Part shown: piece by piece, positions 35,546 to 45,540 of the stretch
Numbering within the stretch: position 1 is the first letter of the stretch
Layout of the letters: each line of letters opens with the position of its first letter
Assembly: GCA_963840455.1 (NCBI GenBank)
Contig: CAWIYV010000007.1
Span: 256,001-320,000, forward strand
Direction: 5' to 3'
DNA length: 64,000 nt
Source: Nitrospirota bacterium
Lineage (GTDB): Bacteria; Nitrospirota; UBA9217
Translations under genes and position numbers: made by a program
The notes under the pieces: model-generated
What the model was told of the DNA's origin: nothing
The model's input: only the letters and a program-made list of their open reading frames with translations
Database searches by the model: none

Positions 35546-36691
35546 ATGCAGAAGAACATCCCTATTGATAGAAAGAACATTTATTCCAAGGTCAAGCGGG
35601 TCGTCATCAAGGTCGGAAGCGCGGTTTTGACCGGCTCCGGCGAGGGGCTTGACCAGAAGCGCATGGAGCAGCTTGCAGCCGAAGTCGCTTCTATCATGGA
35701 CCAGGGGCGCGAGGTGATCCTGGTTTCCTCGGGCGCCATTGCGGCCGGCCTGGCAAAGCTCGGCCTCAAAAAGACGAGGGGCATGCCCCTGCCGCTCAAG
35801 CAGGCCGCAGCCGCGGTCGGTCAGTCGGGCCTCATGTGGATGTACGAGAAGACCTTCGGCAGCCATGGGAAGAAGGTCGCCCAGGTCCTGCTCACGAGGG
35901 AAGACCTGTCGAGCCGGGCGCGGTTCCTGAACGCGCGGAACACCCTTCAGACACTGCTTGAATACGGAGTGGTCCCGGTCATCAACGAGAACGACACCGT
36001 GGCCGTAGACGAGATCAAGTTCGGCGACAACGATAACCTGTCGGGCATGGTCGTTCACCTTGCCGATGCCGATCTGCTGGTGATCCTCTCCGATATTGAT
36101 GGGCTCTACACCGCTGATCCCCGGATCGATCCTTCCGCGGAGCTCATCCCCGTTGTCGAGAAGATCACTGCTGAGATGGAGCGCGGCGCCGGTGATGCCC
36201 AGACCTCGGTCGGGACCGGCGGCATGCGGTCCAAGATCATGACGGCGAAAAAGGTGGGAGCCTACGGCGTGCCCATGGTCATCGTCAACGGCAGGAAACA
36301 CGGCAGTCTGCAGTCCCTGTTCGAGGGCAAGGACATCGGATCCCTGTTCCTCCCCAAAGCGGAACGGAACCGGAGCCGCCAGCACTGGATCGCCTACACG
36401 GCCTGTTCGGTAGGAGGCATCGTGGTCGATGACGGTGGACGTGAAGCGCTTGTGCACAAGGGCAAGAGCCTCCTGCCTGGCGGCATCACCCGGATCGAAG
36501 GAAGCTTCAAGGCTGGTGACTGCGTGAACTGCTCGGACAACCGGGGGAACGTCTTTGCGCGCGGCCTGACGAAGTATTCATCCGCCGACCTGGAGAAGAT
36601 CAAGGGCCTCAAGACATCGCAGATCGTGGCGGTGCTCGGGCATAAGGACTATGACGAGGTGATCCACCGTGACGACCTGGTGATCCTTTGA
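35546..36691 (+). CDS. proB: Glutamate 5-kinase
   Basis: VIKVGS, NENDTV, FGDND, GTGGMRSK; PUA domain SLLPGG...IHRDD. Confidence 0.97.
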   Translation: MQKNIPIDRKNIYSKVKRVVIKVGSAVLTGSGEGLDQKRMEQLAAEVASIMDQGREVILVSSGAIAAGLAKLGLKKTRGMPLPLKQAAAAVGQSGLMWMYEKTFGSHGKKVAQVLLTREDLSSRARFLNARNTLQTLLEYGVVPVINENDTVAVDEIKFGDNDNLSGMVVHLADADLLVILSDIDGLYTADPRIDPSAELIPVVEKITAEMERGAGDAQTSVGTGGMRSKIMTAKKVGAYGVPMVIVNGRKHGSLQSLFEGKDIGSLFLPKAERNRSRQHWIAYTACSVGGIVVDDGGREALVHKGKSLLPGGITRIEGSFKAGDCVNCSDNRGNVFARGLTKYSSADLEKIKGLKTSQIVAVLGHKDYDEVIHRDDLVIL

Positions 36692-36716
36692 GAGAAGATG
36701 AGACACGGACGATCGT

Positions 36717-37226
36717 ATGAGAAGGATCGGGCTGGCATTATGTATAATGTTCCTGAGTTCATCCCTGTCCTACGCGGCGCTCAGGATCTCTGATGTGGCG
36801 CCGGCCTTTTCCCTGTCTGATCTGAATGGTGGAACGTTCGTGCTGCGCGATGTCCTGCAGAGCGGTCGCAGGGTGGCTTCGGGTGGCATGGTGCTCTGTT
36901 TCTTTGCCACCTGGTGCGGGCCCTGCCGGAAGGAACTGCCGATCCTCAACGGACTGGCTGGAGAACTGAAGGTGAAAGGCGTCGAGGTTGTCATCGTCGA
37001 CCTGAAAGAGGACCCCGCGGTCGTCAGACGCTTCGCCGGGGCCCTGAGCCTGGACAAGGTGACCGTGCTGAGCGACCGGGACGGTAAGGCGGCCGCTCAG
37101 TACCAAGTCCGTTTCCTGCCCACAACATTCTGCATTGGTGCCGACGGCAGGATCAAGGACATGATCTACGGCGAGGTCCGGAGCGCCGATGAGTTCCGGA
37201 AGTGCGCGGCGAAGCTTTTCCCATGA
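36717..37226 (+). CDS. TlpA-family thiol-disulfide oxidoreductase
   Basis: Signal peptide, APAFSL, FFATWCGPCRKELP, LPTT. Confidence 0.88.
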   Translation: MRRIGLALCIMFLSSSLSYAALRISDVAPAFSLSDLNGGTFVLRDVLQSGRRVASGGMVLCFFATWCGPCRKELPILNGLAGELKVKGVEVVIVDLKEDPAVVRRFAGALSLDKVTVLSDRDGKAAAQYQVRFLPTTFCIGADGRIKDMIYGEVRSADEFRKCAAKLFP

Positions 37227-37462
37227 TCAACATGCGTTCGGTGGAGGGCTGGGAGGCACGCCCTGTAGCTGCTTGTTCTCAGCCCTATCCATCAATGAAG
37301 GGCTGAGTCCAGGATTGAAGGCATATCCTACAGATCGTTGCGGGTTGGCGAACGATCAGGATGACGAAACTACCGCGAGGACCGTAGATTTCCTTCAGCG
37401 CGCTGAAGGGACCTTCAATCGTCTGTGTTCATCCGCGGTTCCCTATTGGTTTGGAGGTATCC

Positions 37463-38719
37463 ATGGACGTCAAACAGTATGTGACCGAGAAGGCGAAAAA
37501 GGCTAAGGCCGCATCACGCGCGCTGGCAACGGTCTCGACGGAGATCAAGAACAACGCGCTGTTCAAGATGGCCGCAGGGCTGGAGCACGAGGCAGCGATG
37601 CTTATCTCCGAGAACCGGAAGGACCTCATCGAGGCCGAGAAGAAAGGCCTGTCCAAGGCCATGATCGACCGTCTGACCTTGAGCCCGGACCGCATCAGGG
37701 CCATGGCAGACGGGCTCCGCGAGGTCGCTGCCCTGCCCGATCCAGTCGGCGAGATCGTCAGGATGTGGCGCCGGCCCAACGGCATGGAGGTCGGCAGGAT
37801 GCGCGTGCCCATCGGGCTCATCGGCATCATCTATGAGTCCCGGCCCAACGTGACGGCCGATTCGGCTGCGCTCTGCCTCAAGTCCGGCAACGGCGTGCTG
37901 CTTCGGGGCGGGTCTGAGGCGGTGCATTCCAACACATCCATCGTGGACGTCCTGTCGAAGGCGGGCGCCGAGGCGGGCGTCCCCGACGGCGCCATATCGT
38001 TCATCGAGAACCCCGACCGTGCCTGCGTCATGGAAATGCTCAAGACGAACCAGTATGTCGACCTCATCATCCCGCGGGGAGGGGAAGGGCTCATCAAGAT
38101 GGTGTCGGAGAACTCCACCATTCCCGTGATCAAGCATGACAAGGGCGTATGCCACATCTACGTGGACAGCAGCGCGGACCTCGCCATGGCGTCGGACATC
38201 TGCTACAATGCCAAGGTCCAGCGTCCAGGCACCTGCAACGCCATGGAGGCCATGCTCGTGCACAAGGCCTTGTCCCGGACGTTCCTGCCCGAGGTCCTGA
38301 AGCGCTTCGCAGAAGCCAAGGTGGAGATCCGCGGATGCGCCCGGACGCAGGAGATTATGCCCGGTGTTAAGGCCGCGACGGACCAGGACTGGGATACGGA
38401 GTATAATGACCTTATCCTGAACGTGAAGGTGGTGGACAGCATGGAAGAGGCTATGGACCACATTGCGGCCCACGGTTCCCAGCACTCCGAGGCCATCGTG
38501 ACAAGCGACTACCAGCGGTCGCGGCGGTTCGTGCGGGAAGTGGACGCCTCGGCCGTATTCGTGAACGCCTCGACGCGGCTGAACGACGGGTTCGAGTTCG
38601 GCCTGGGCGCCGAGATTGGCATCTCGACGACCCGCATTCACGCGCGCGGTCCCATGGGTCTTGAAGAGCTCACCTCCACCAAGTTCATCGTGCTCGGAAG
38701 CGGGCAGATACGAAAATAG
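37463..38719 (+). CDS. proA: Glutamate-5-semialdehyde dehydrogenase
   Basis: IYESRPNVT, PRGGEGL, CNAME, NASTRLNDG, HARGPMG. Confidence 0.97.
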   Translation: MDVKQYVTEKAKKAKAASRALATVSTEIKNNALFKMAAGLEHEAAMLISENRKDLIEAEKKGLSKAMIDRLTLSPDRIRAMADGLREVAALPDPVGEIVRMWRRPNGMEVGRMRVPIGLIGIIYESRPNVTADSAALCLKSGNGVLLRGGSEAVHSNTSIVDVLSKAGAEAGVPDGAISFIENPDRACVMEMLKTNQYVDLIIPRGGEGLIKMVSENSTIPVIKHDKGVCHIYVDSSADLAMASDICYNAKVQRPGTCNAMEAMLVHKALSRTFLPEVLKRFAEAKVEIRGCARTQEIMPGVKAATDQDWDTEYNDLILNVKVVDSMEEAMDHIAAHGSQHSEAIVTSDYQRSRRFVREVDASAVFVNASTRLNDGFEFGLGAEIGISTTRIHARGPMGLEELTSTKFIVLGSGQIRK

Positions 38720-38723
38720 TAAT

Positions 38724-38815
38724 TTCACGCAGAGGTCTCAGAGGGCGCTGAGGACGGCAAGGGTTGGTTATTAAACCTGCATCAAGCTCTGCGATCTCCG
38801 CGTTCTCTGCGGTAA
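38724..38815. repeat. REP-like periodic stem-loop
   Basis: CACGCAGAGGTCTCAGAGGGCGCTGAG ... CTCTGCGATCTCCGCGTTCTCTGCGGT. Confidence 0.6.
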
Positions 38816-38837
38816 TATGTCGTCTTAAGGAGAACGC

Positions 38838-39497
38838 TTGACTCAACGTCTGGGGATTCTCGGCGGGACGTTCAATCCCATCCATCTCGGCCATCTGGCC
38901 GCGGCTGAAGAGGTGCGCGACCGGCTGAAGTTCGAAAAGGTCATGTTCATCCCTTCTTTTCTCCCTCCCCACAAGAGCGAGGAGGACATGCCATCGGCTG
39001 TTCAGCGGCAGGAAATGGTCCGGCTCGCCATCAAGGGGAACCCTCACTTTACGGTATCCGACATGGAGATCCGTCGCGGCGGCAGGTCCTATACCATCGA
39101 TACGATTGAGGCGCTGCGCCAAGCGCACATCGGACCGGACCTCTATTTCATCACCGGCCTCGACTCGTTCCTGGAGATAAGGACCTGGAAGGATTGGCAG
39201 CGGCTGATGGAACTCTGTTCCTTTGTGGTCCTGTCCCGGGAAGGCTGCCGGTTCCGGGACATCGCGAAGCTTGGGTTCCTGAGCGCACCGGAGCACGACC
39301 TCGCCGCGCTCGACGGACGGGAGAAGGAACAAGTGGTGATCAGGACGGGGAACATGCGCGTCCACCTCGAGCGGGTGCCCTTCTACGATATCTCGTCAAC
39401 GGACATCCGCACGCGCATCCGCTCGGGACGGAGCATCAAATACCACTTGCCTGAAGCGGTCGAACACTATATAATTGAAAATAAATTATATGCTTAG
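38838..39497 (+). CDS. nadD: Nicotinate-nucleotide adenylyltransferase
   Basis: GGTFNPIHLGH, SYTIDT, ISSTDIR; TTG start. Confidence 0.96.
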   Translation: MTQRLGILGGTFNPIHLGHLAAAEEVRDRLKFEKVMFIPSFLPPHKSEEDMPSAVQRQEMVRLAIKGNPHFTVSDMEIRRGGRSYTIDTIEALRQAHIGPDLYFITGLDSFLEIRTWKDWQRLMELCSFVVLSREGCRFRDIAKLGFLSAPEHDLAALDGREKEQVVIRTGNMRVHLERVPFYDISSTDIRTRIRSGRSIKYHLPEAVEHYIIENKLYA

Positions 39498-39867
39498 CGC
39501 ATTGGAGACCGCGCTGCTTGCGGCGGAAGCAGCGGATGGGAAAAAAGCCTATGACCTTTTGGTCCTGGACCTTAAGGGCCTGACGAGCATTGCAGATTAC
39601 TTTGTGATCTGTTCGGCAAGCAGCACGACCCAGGTGGGGGCCATCGCCGACGGTATCGGACATGCGCTTGCGAGCGAGGATATCCGGCCGTCCCACATTG
39701 AGGGCGGTGCAGAGGCAACCTGGCTGCTCATGGACTATGGCGACGTGGTCGTGCACATATTCGATGAACCGGCCCGTTCCTATTACAGCCTCGACCGGCT
39801 CTGGGGAGATGCACCTCGAGTCCCGGTCCGTCTGAAGGCGCCTGCCCTGCATGGCGCAGCCTCGTGA
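39490..39867 (+). CDS. rsfS: Ribosome silencing factor
   Basis: ADYFVICSA, WLLMDYGDVVVHIF, YSLDRLW. Confidence 0.95.
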   Translation: MLSALETALLAAEAADGKKAYDLLVLDLKGLTSIADYFVICSASSTTQVGAIADGIGHALASEDIRPSHIEGGAEATWLLMDYGDVVVHIFDEPARSYYSLDRLWGDAPRVPVRLKAPALHGAAS

Positions 39868-40334
39868 AACTCAGCATCATCTGCATGGGCAGGACAAGGG
39901 AGCGGTTCATCCAGGACGGGATCGAGAAGTACTTGCGGTATCTGAAACCCTACGCCCCGGCGGAACTGAAAGTGCTCCGGCAAGAGAAGGTCGAAGACCT
40001 CAGGGATGCTCCTCGCATCCGCAAACTTGAGGCTGCAAAGATCACAAAAGCCCTTTCGCCGGGAGCATATGTTGTGGCCCTGGATGAACGGGGCAGGGAA
40101 TTCACCTCCCACGAGTTCGCGGCATTCATGGATAAGGCGCTGGAGAAGGGCACCCGGGAAATATCCTTCGTGCTCGGTGGCGCCATGGGGCTAGACGAGT
40201 CGGTGACCGGGAAGGCAGATACAGTGCTTGCGCTTTCCCGCTGGACTCTGACCCACGAGATGGCCCGGTTGGTGCTCCTCGAACAGCTCTACCGGGCCTT
40301 CACGATCATCAAAGGCAAGACGTATCACTATTGA
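39864..40334 (+). CDS. rlmH: 23S rRNA pseudouridine-1915 N3-methyltransferase
   Basis: LDERG, FVLGGAMG, HEMARLVLLEQLYRA...YH. Confidence 0.95.
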   Translation: MKLSIICMGRTRERFIQDGIEKYLRYLKPYAPAELKVLRQEKVEDLRDAPRIRKLEAAKITKALSPGAYVVALDERGREFTSHEFAAFMDKALEKGTREISFVLGGAMGLDESVTGKADTVLALSRWTLTHEMARLVLLEQLYRAFTIIKGKTYHY

Positions 40335-40442
40335 TGCCGCGTTGCCGCAGAGACCGCGAATACACCATGGTGGCCGTGACCCGGGAGCAGGATCCGAAGC
40401 TTTGATCTGAGAACAACAGCTATTCCTGAGAAAGGACGGGGG

Positions 40443-41750
40443 ATGCGATACGTCATTACGGTACTGGTGATCCTGACGGCGGTGTTCGTTCTGCTGATCG
40501 TCGAGTTCAATCAGGGAATGGTCACGGTCAACCTTACCCCGTCCAAGGCCACGGAAATCTCCAAAGCGTCCTTCTTCCTCATTTCCCTCCTGACCGGTGC
40601 GAGCCTTGTCTTATTATTGTATCTCATGCGGGACATCCGACGGTTCCTGCGCGGCCTCCGGGTCCAGCGGGAACAGAAGAAACGCGCGAAAGTCCAAGAG
40701 CTCTACACAAAAGGTCTGAATGCGCTTCTGGCCAAACGGAATCCCGAGGCGCTCGCGTTCTTTCAGCGGGTCCTGAGCCTGGATCCGAACCACGTGGACA
40801 CGCTCCTCCGCATGGGGATCACGCAGCTGCGCGAGAAGAACTTACAGGAGGCCGTGCGGCTCCATCTCAAGGCGTGGAACCTCGACCGGCACAACCAAGA
40901 GGTGATGTTCTCCCTCGCAGCTGATTACGAGGAATCGAAACGCTTCGATGAGGCCATCAAGATGTACCGGGAGATCCTCGACAAGGACCATTCGAACATC
41001 ACGGCGCTCATCCGGCTCCGGGACCTGTACCACCGGCTGAACCATTGGGAAGAGCTGAACGAAACGCAGGGCCGTCTCCTCGCCAACCCTCTTGGCGCGC
41101 AGGAACTCGATATCGAGCACAGGAAGCTGATCGGTTTCAAGTATGAGCTGGGCCGTTCGCATCTGGAGGCTGGTGATCTTGAGCGCGCAAAGAAGGTCTT
41201 CCGTGGCGTGATCAAGCTGGACAAGGATTTCGTCCCCGCGTACCTGGGGCTCGGCGAGGTCATGCTTGAAGAGGGAAAACCGAGAGAGGCAGGCGAACTA
41301 TGGGAAAAGGCTTACAAGCTGACGTCATCGATCCTGCTGCTGCACCGCCTCGAGGACCTGTACCTCAAACAAGGGGAACCGGGGAGTGCCATTGAGATCT
41401 ACAAGAAGGCGGTGACGTGGAAACCGCAGGACACGGGCCTCAAGTTCTTCCTGGGAAAATTGTATTACCGGCTCGAGATGGTCGACGAAGCCTTTGATAC
41501 GCTCACCTCCGTTGACTGGGGCGACCGGGAGTATCCTGACGTGCACAAGCTCCTGGGAAATATCTACCTGCGGCGAGGTTCGCTGGGGCTCGCTGCATCG
41601 GAGTTCAAAAAGGCCCTACGCTTCAAGAAGCAGGTGATCGTACCGTACTTCTGCTCGAACTGCCAGTACAACACGACCGAATGGTCGGGCCGCTGCCCCA
41701 ACTGCGGCAAATGGAACACCTTTGGCGTCAACCTAGAAAAAAGCAACTGA
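40443..41750 (+). CDS. LapB/YciM-like TPR protein with N-terminal LapA-like domain and rubredoxin-like C-terminus
   Basis: Two N-terminal TM segments around NQGMVTV, TPR helices, CSNC...WSGRCPNCGKWN. Confidence 0.8.
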   Translation: MRYVITVLVILTAVFVLLIVEFNQGMVTVNLTPSKATEISKASFFLISLLTGASLVLLLYLMRDIRRFLRGLRVQREQKKRAKVQELYTKGLNALLAKRNPEALAFFQRVLSLDPNHVDTLLRMGITQLREKNLQEAVRLHLKAWNLDRHNQEVMFSLAADYEESKRFDEAIKMYREILDKDHSNITALIRLRDLYHRLNHWEELNETQGRLLANPLGAQELDIEHRKLIGFKYELGRSHLEAGDLERAKKVFRGVIKLDKDFVPAYLGLGEVMLEEGKPREAGELWEKAYKLTSSILLLHRLEDLYLKQGEPGSAIEIYKKAVTWKPQDTGLKFFLGKLYYRLEMVDEAFDTLTSVDWGDREYPDVHKLLGNIYLRRGSLGLAASEFKKALRFKKQVIVPYFCSNCQYNTTEWSGRCPNCGKWNTFGVNLEKSN

Positions 41751-41853
41751 CAGGGCAGGCGGAAAAAATTTAGAAAGCCAGAAGGCAGAGGTCAGATGCC
41801 GCCGTGGGGATCTGACATCCGCATTCTGGCTCTTTCATTGTGAGGGAGCGTTC

Positions 41854-43392
41854 ATGGCGAACAGGCCGGTCATCCTTATCGTCCTCGATGGATGGGGCAT
41901 CAACATGCATAAGGAGGGGAATGCTGTCGCCGTGGCGAGTGCTCCGATCTATAACAGCCTGATCCGGGACCATCCCCATACCGCGCTGCAGGCTTCGGGG
42001 GAACACGTGGGGCTGCCCGAAGGCCAGATGGGGAACTCCGAGGTGGGGCATCTGAACCTCGGGGCGGGCCGGATCGTCTATCAGGACATCACGCGCATCA
42101 CCAAGTCGATCCGGGATGGGGACTTTGCCCGGAATCCTGCGCTGATCTCCGCCATGGAGACGGCTAAAAAGAACCATGCATCGCTTCACCTCATGGGACT
42201 CCTGTCCGACGGCGGCGTGCACAGCCACATTGATCATATCTTCGCAATGTTCGACTTGGCCAAGATACATGGCCTCTCGCGCGTCTTTTTTCACGCATTC
42301 CTCGACGGGCGTGACACGCCTCCCTCCAGCGCCCTAGGGTACATCAGTCGGCTTGAACAGCATCTCGCCAAGATCGGCATCGGCAGGATCGCAACGGTCT
42401 CCGGCAGGTATTATGCCATGGACCGCGACAAGCGGTGGGAACGCGTACAGAAGGCGCATGAGGCGCTGACGACGGGAGAGGGCATCCGGAAATTCTCCGC
42501 CGAAGAGGCCGTCAAGGACAGCTATGAGCACAAGCGGACCGACGAGTTCGTGCTTCCCACGGTCATTCTTGACCACCGGAACAATGCACCCCTGGGCATC
42601 ATGCGTGATGGTGACGTGACGATCTTTTGCAACTTCCGCTCCGACCGCGCCCGAGAGATCACGCGGACGCTGACGGACCCGGCCTTTGACGGATTCACGC
42701 GCCGCGCGTTCCCTAAGCTCGGCGCTTTCGTCTGCCTCACGACCTATGACGAGACTTTCAACCTTCCGGTAGCATATCCCCCGGTGCGGCTCACGCACAT
42801 CCTGGGTGGAGTGGTGAGCGGCCAGGGAGAGCGGCAGCTCCGCATCGCTGAAACGGAGAAGTACGCCCATGTCACGTTCTTCTTCAACGGCGGTGAACAA
42901 CGGCCGTTTCCGCTTGAGGACCAGGTCCTGGTCCCGTCTCCCCGGGATGTTGCGACCTATGACCTGAAGCCGGAAATGAGCGCGCGGGAGGTGACGGATG
43001 AGCTTGTCAAGCGCATCCTTTCTCGGCAATACCGGTTCATTCTGGTGAACTATGCCAACCCCGATATGGTCGGCCACACGGGGATCATCGCAGCGGCGGT
43101 GAAGGCCGTCGAGGTGATCGATGAGTGTCTCGGCAGGGTGCTGAAAGCGGCCCAGGAGGCCGGTTCGACCGTGATGATCACCGCCGACCATGGCAACCTT
43201 GAGGTGATGACGGACGCGGGGACCGGCCAGCCCCACACCGCCCATACCACCGACCCGGTGCCGTTCATTCTGGTGGGGGAGAAGGTCGTGCTCAGGGACG
43301 ACGGTTGCCTGGCTGACGTGGCTCCTACCGTGCTCCGGTCCATGGGTATCGAGCAACCGAAGGAAATGACCGGTAAGTGCCTCATCACATAG
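41854..43392 (+). CDS. gpmI: 2,3-BPG-independent phosphoglycerate mutase
   Basis: LDGWG, MGNSEVGH, GRYYAMDRD, ETEKYAHVT, DMVGH, TADHGN. Confidence 0.97.
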   Translation: MANRPVILIVLDGWGINMHKEGNAVAVASAPIYNSLIRDHPHTALQASGEHVGLPEGQMGNSEVGHLNLGAGRIVYQDITRITKSIRDGDFARNPALISAMETAKKNHASLHLMGLLSDGGVHSHIDHIFAMFDLAKIHGLSRVFFHAFLDGRDTPPSSALGYISRLEQHLAKIGIGRIATVSGRYYAMDRDKRWERVQKAHEALTTGEGIRKFSAEEAVKDSYEHKRTDEFVLPTVILDHRNNAPLGIMRDGDVTIFCNFRSDRAREITRTLTDPAFDGFTRRAFPKLGAFVCLTTYDETFNLPVAYPPVRLTHILGGVVSGQGERQLRIAETEKYAHVTFFFNGGEQRPFPLEDQVLVPSPRDVATYDLKPEMSAREVTDELVKRILSRQYRFILVNYANPDMVGHTGIIAAAVKAVEVIDECLGRVLKAAQEAGSTVMITADHGNLEVMTDAGTGQPHTAHTTDPVPFILVGEKVVLRDDGCLADVAPTVLRSMGIEQPKEMTGKCLIT

Positions 43393-43491
43393 GCAGCGGT
43401 CCTTAGATTCCCCGTCCCGATCAAGCAATGGCCGGCTATGCGATAGCCCTGTCCGGCAGACATGGATTCGTGGTTTGACTTCTCTTTCGGA

Positions 43492-43609
43492 TTGAATCCA
43501 GGAGCGAGCGCATTCCCCGTAGCTTGCTGCGGGGTTAGCAAGCGATTAGAATAAATAGTACACCCTTGAGGATCGAAGATTCCCTGCAGCTTGCTGCAGG
43601 GAACTTCAA
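43492..43609 (-). mobile_element. ~118 bp palindromic MITE/PATE-like element (best-preserved copy)
   Basis: Minus strand: TTGAAGTTCCCTGCAGCAAGCTGCAGGGAATCTTCGATCCTC...ACCCCGCAGCAAGCTACGGGGAATGCGCTCGCTCCTGGATTCAA. Confidence 0.78.
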
Positions 43610-43634
43610 TATCTGGAAGCAACACCCATCGATC

Positions 43635-44360
43635 ATGAGTCTTTTCAGGCGCGCTCTCGATCTTCTCCTCCCCGCACCGTGTTCATTCTGCCGCGCTCCC
43701 GTGGCCGATTCAGGGATCCCCCGTTTCTGCAGCCAATGCTGGTTGGAGCTCTCACCCGTCCAAGGACCGGTCTGCCCCTCCTGCGGCAGACCCTTCGGTT
43801 CACACGAGTCCCTTACCCACAGCCCGGAGCATGAGTGTTTGACCTGTAGGACGCGCCCTCCCCATTTTGACCAGGCGCTCGCGGCTGGTCTGTTCGAGGG
43901 CCCGCTCCGAGAAGCGATCCATGTGTACAAGTACCGACCGGTCAGGTCCCTGGGGAAGCCCCTCGCTGCGTGGATGGCGGAGCAGGTGAGGATGACCGTG
44001 CATCTGGACCTGACTATGCCGGTGCCGCTCCATAGAAAAAGGCTCCGACACCGCGGATTCAACCAGGCCCTGATCCTGGCCCACGGCATCAGCGAGCGTT
44101 TCTCGGTACCGCTGCTCTATGATAATCTCATGCGGCTCCGCAGCACGAGGCCGCAAGTGGAGCTCTCGGGCCCCGAACGTAGGTCGAACGTGAAAGGTGC
44201 TTTCGGTCTGGTCCGTCCCGCAGAGGTCCAGGACAAGCGGATCCTGCTGATCGACGATGTCTTCACGACCGGCGCTACCATGAACGAGTGCGCTAAAGTA
44301 TTGAAGGAAGCCGGCGCCGCGTCTGTTACGGTCCTGACCCTTGCTCGGACCGTGGAATAG
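43635..44360 (+). CDS. ComF family protein (double zinc ribbon + PRTase)
   Basis: CxxC pairs, PVPLH, RGFNQA, LIDDVFTTGAT. Confidence 0.93.
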   Translation: MSLFRRALDLLLPAPCSFCRAPVADSGIPRFCSQCWLELSPVQGPVCPSCGRPFGSHESLTHSPEHECLTCRTRPPHFDQALAAGLFEGPLREAIHVYKYRPVRSLGKPLAAWMAEQVRMTVHLDLTMPVPLHRKRLRHRGFNQALILAHGISERFSVPLLYDNLMRLRSTRPQVELSGPERRSNVKGAFGLVRPAEVQDKRILLIDDVFTTGATMNECAKVLKEAGAASVTVLTLARTVE

Positions 44361-44383
44361 CGTGTGCCAGAACAGGGGTTTTA

Positions 44384-44412
44384 TTGACATTGTCCGGGGC
44401 TGATGTTAAGAT
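44384..44412 (+). promoter_or_regulatory. sigma70 promoter of phoH operon
   Basis: TTGACA-17 bp-TAAGAT with extended -10 TG. Confidence 0.65.
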
Positions 44413-44414
44413 AG

Positions 44415-44526
44415 TTCAGTTCCCTGCAGCCAACTGCTGGGAATCTTCGGTCCTCAGGGTCGCATGGCTATGCTGATCCCTCGTTAATCCGGCAGGCCGC
44501 GGGAAATGCGCTCGCTCCTGAATTTC
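44415..44526 (+). mobile_element. Degenerate copy of palindromic element in phoH leader
   Basis: GTTCCCTGCAGCCAACTGCTGGGAATCTTCGGTCCTCAGGG...GCGGGAAATGCGCTCGCTCCTG. Confidence 0.68.
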
Positions 44527-44550
44527 TGATAGTTAAGGAACGGACCTCAT

Positions 44551-45540
44551 GTGTCTGAACAGTTGATGAAAACATCTGCAGCGCAGTTCATAATAGCGAA
44601 CGAGGATGCGGTCCCCAGTCTTTTCGGGGAACTGGACAAGAACCTTCGGCTCATCGAAGAGATGTACGGCGTCCAGGTGAGCGCCCGCGGCAGCAAGGTC
44701 CTGATCGAAGGGGAAGGGAAGGCCGTGGCAAGGGTTGAACGGCTGTTCAAGCAGCTTTCAGCCATGATCGACGAAAACGTCATCACGCACAAAGAGGATG
44801 TGAGCTCGGCCATCCGGGCTTTTTCCGCAAATCCCGACCTGTCCCTCAAGGAGATATTCCAGGAGACCATCCCTGTATCTCAGCGGAAGCGCCAGGTTGC
44901 GGCCAAGAACGAGACCCAGCGGAAATACATCGAATCCATCAAGAAACACGACATCGTCTTCGGCATCGGACCGGCAGGGACCGGCAAGACCTATCTCGCC
45001 ATGGCCATGGCCGTTTCCGCGCTCCTCCGGCGCGAAGTGAGCAGGATCATCCTCGTCCGTCCGGCCGTCGAGGCCGGGGAGAAGCTCGGGTTCCTGCCCG
45101 GCGATGTCGCCGAAAAGGTCAATCCCTACCTCCGGCCGCTCTATGACGCGCTCTACGACATGATCGAGACCGAGAAGGCCAACAAGCTGGTGGAACGCGG
45201 CGATATCGAGATCGCGCCGCTTGCGTTCATGCGCGGCCGCACCCTTAATGATTCCTTCATTATCCTCGATGAAGCACAGAACACCACGTCGGAGCAGATG
45301 AAGATGTTCCTGACCCGCCTGGGCTTCAACTCCAAGACCGTCATCACCGGCGATATCACACAGATCGACCTGCCGGGGGGCAGGAGCTCCGGTCTTATTG
45401 AGGCGCAGAAGATCATCGAGGGCATCGAAGGGATCCAGTTCGTCTACTTCACGAACAAGGACGTCGTGCGTCACAAGCTGGTGCAGCAGATCATTAAAGC
45501 ATATGAGCGGCACGAGGGACAGCATGGCCAGCAGGGATGA
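44551..45540 (+). CDS. phoH: PhoH family ATPase
   Basis: GPAGTGKT, RPAVEAGEKLGFLPG, APLAFMRGRT, DEAQN. Confidence 0.95.
   Translation: MSEQLMKTSAAQFIIANEDAVPSLFGELDKNLRLIEEMYGVQVSARGSKVLIEGEGKAVARVERLFKQLSAMIDENVITHKEDVSSAIRAFSANPDLSLKEIFQETIPVSQRKRQVAAKNETQRKYIESIKKHDIVFGIGPAGTGKTYLAMAMAVSALLRREVSRIILVRPAVEAGEKLGFLPGDVAEKVNPYLRPLYDALYDMIETEKANKLVERGDIEIAPLAFMRGRTLNDSFIILDEAQNTTSEQMKMFLTRLGFNSKTVITGDITQIDLPGGRSSGLIEAQKIIEGIEGIQFVYFTNKDVVRHKLVQQIIKAYERHEGQHGQQG

Noticed and set aside
37366-37400. Hammerhead-like GATGA...CGAAAC
   Set aside because: Lacks the CUGA core and stem II between the motifs.
43566-43634. N-terminal extension of ComF and minus-strand ORF 43050-43625
   Set aside because: Both are translations of the palindromic repeat element.
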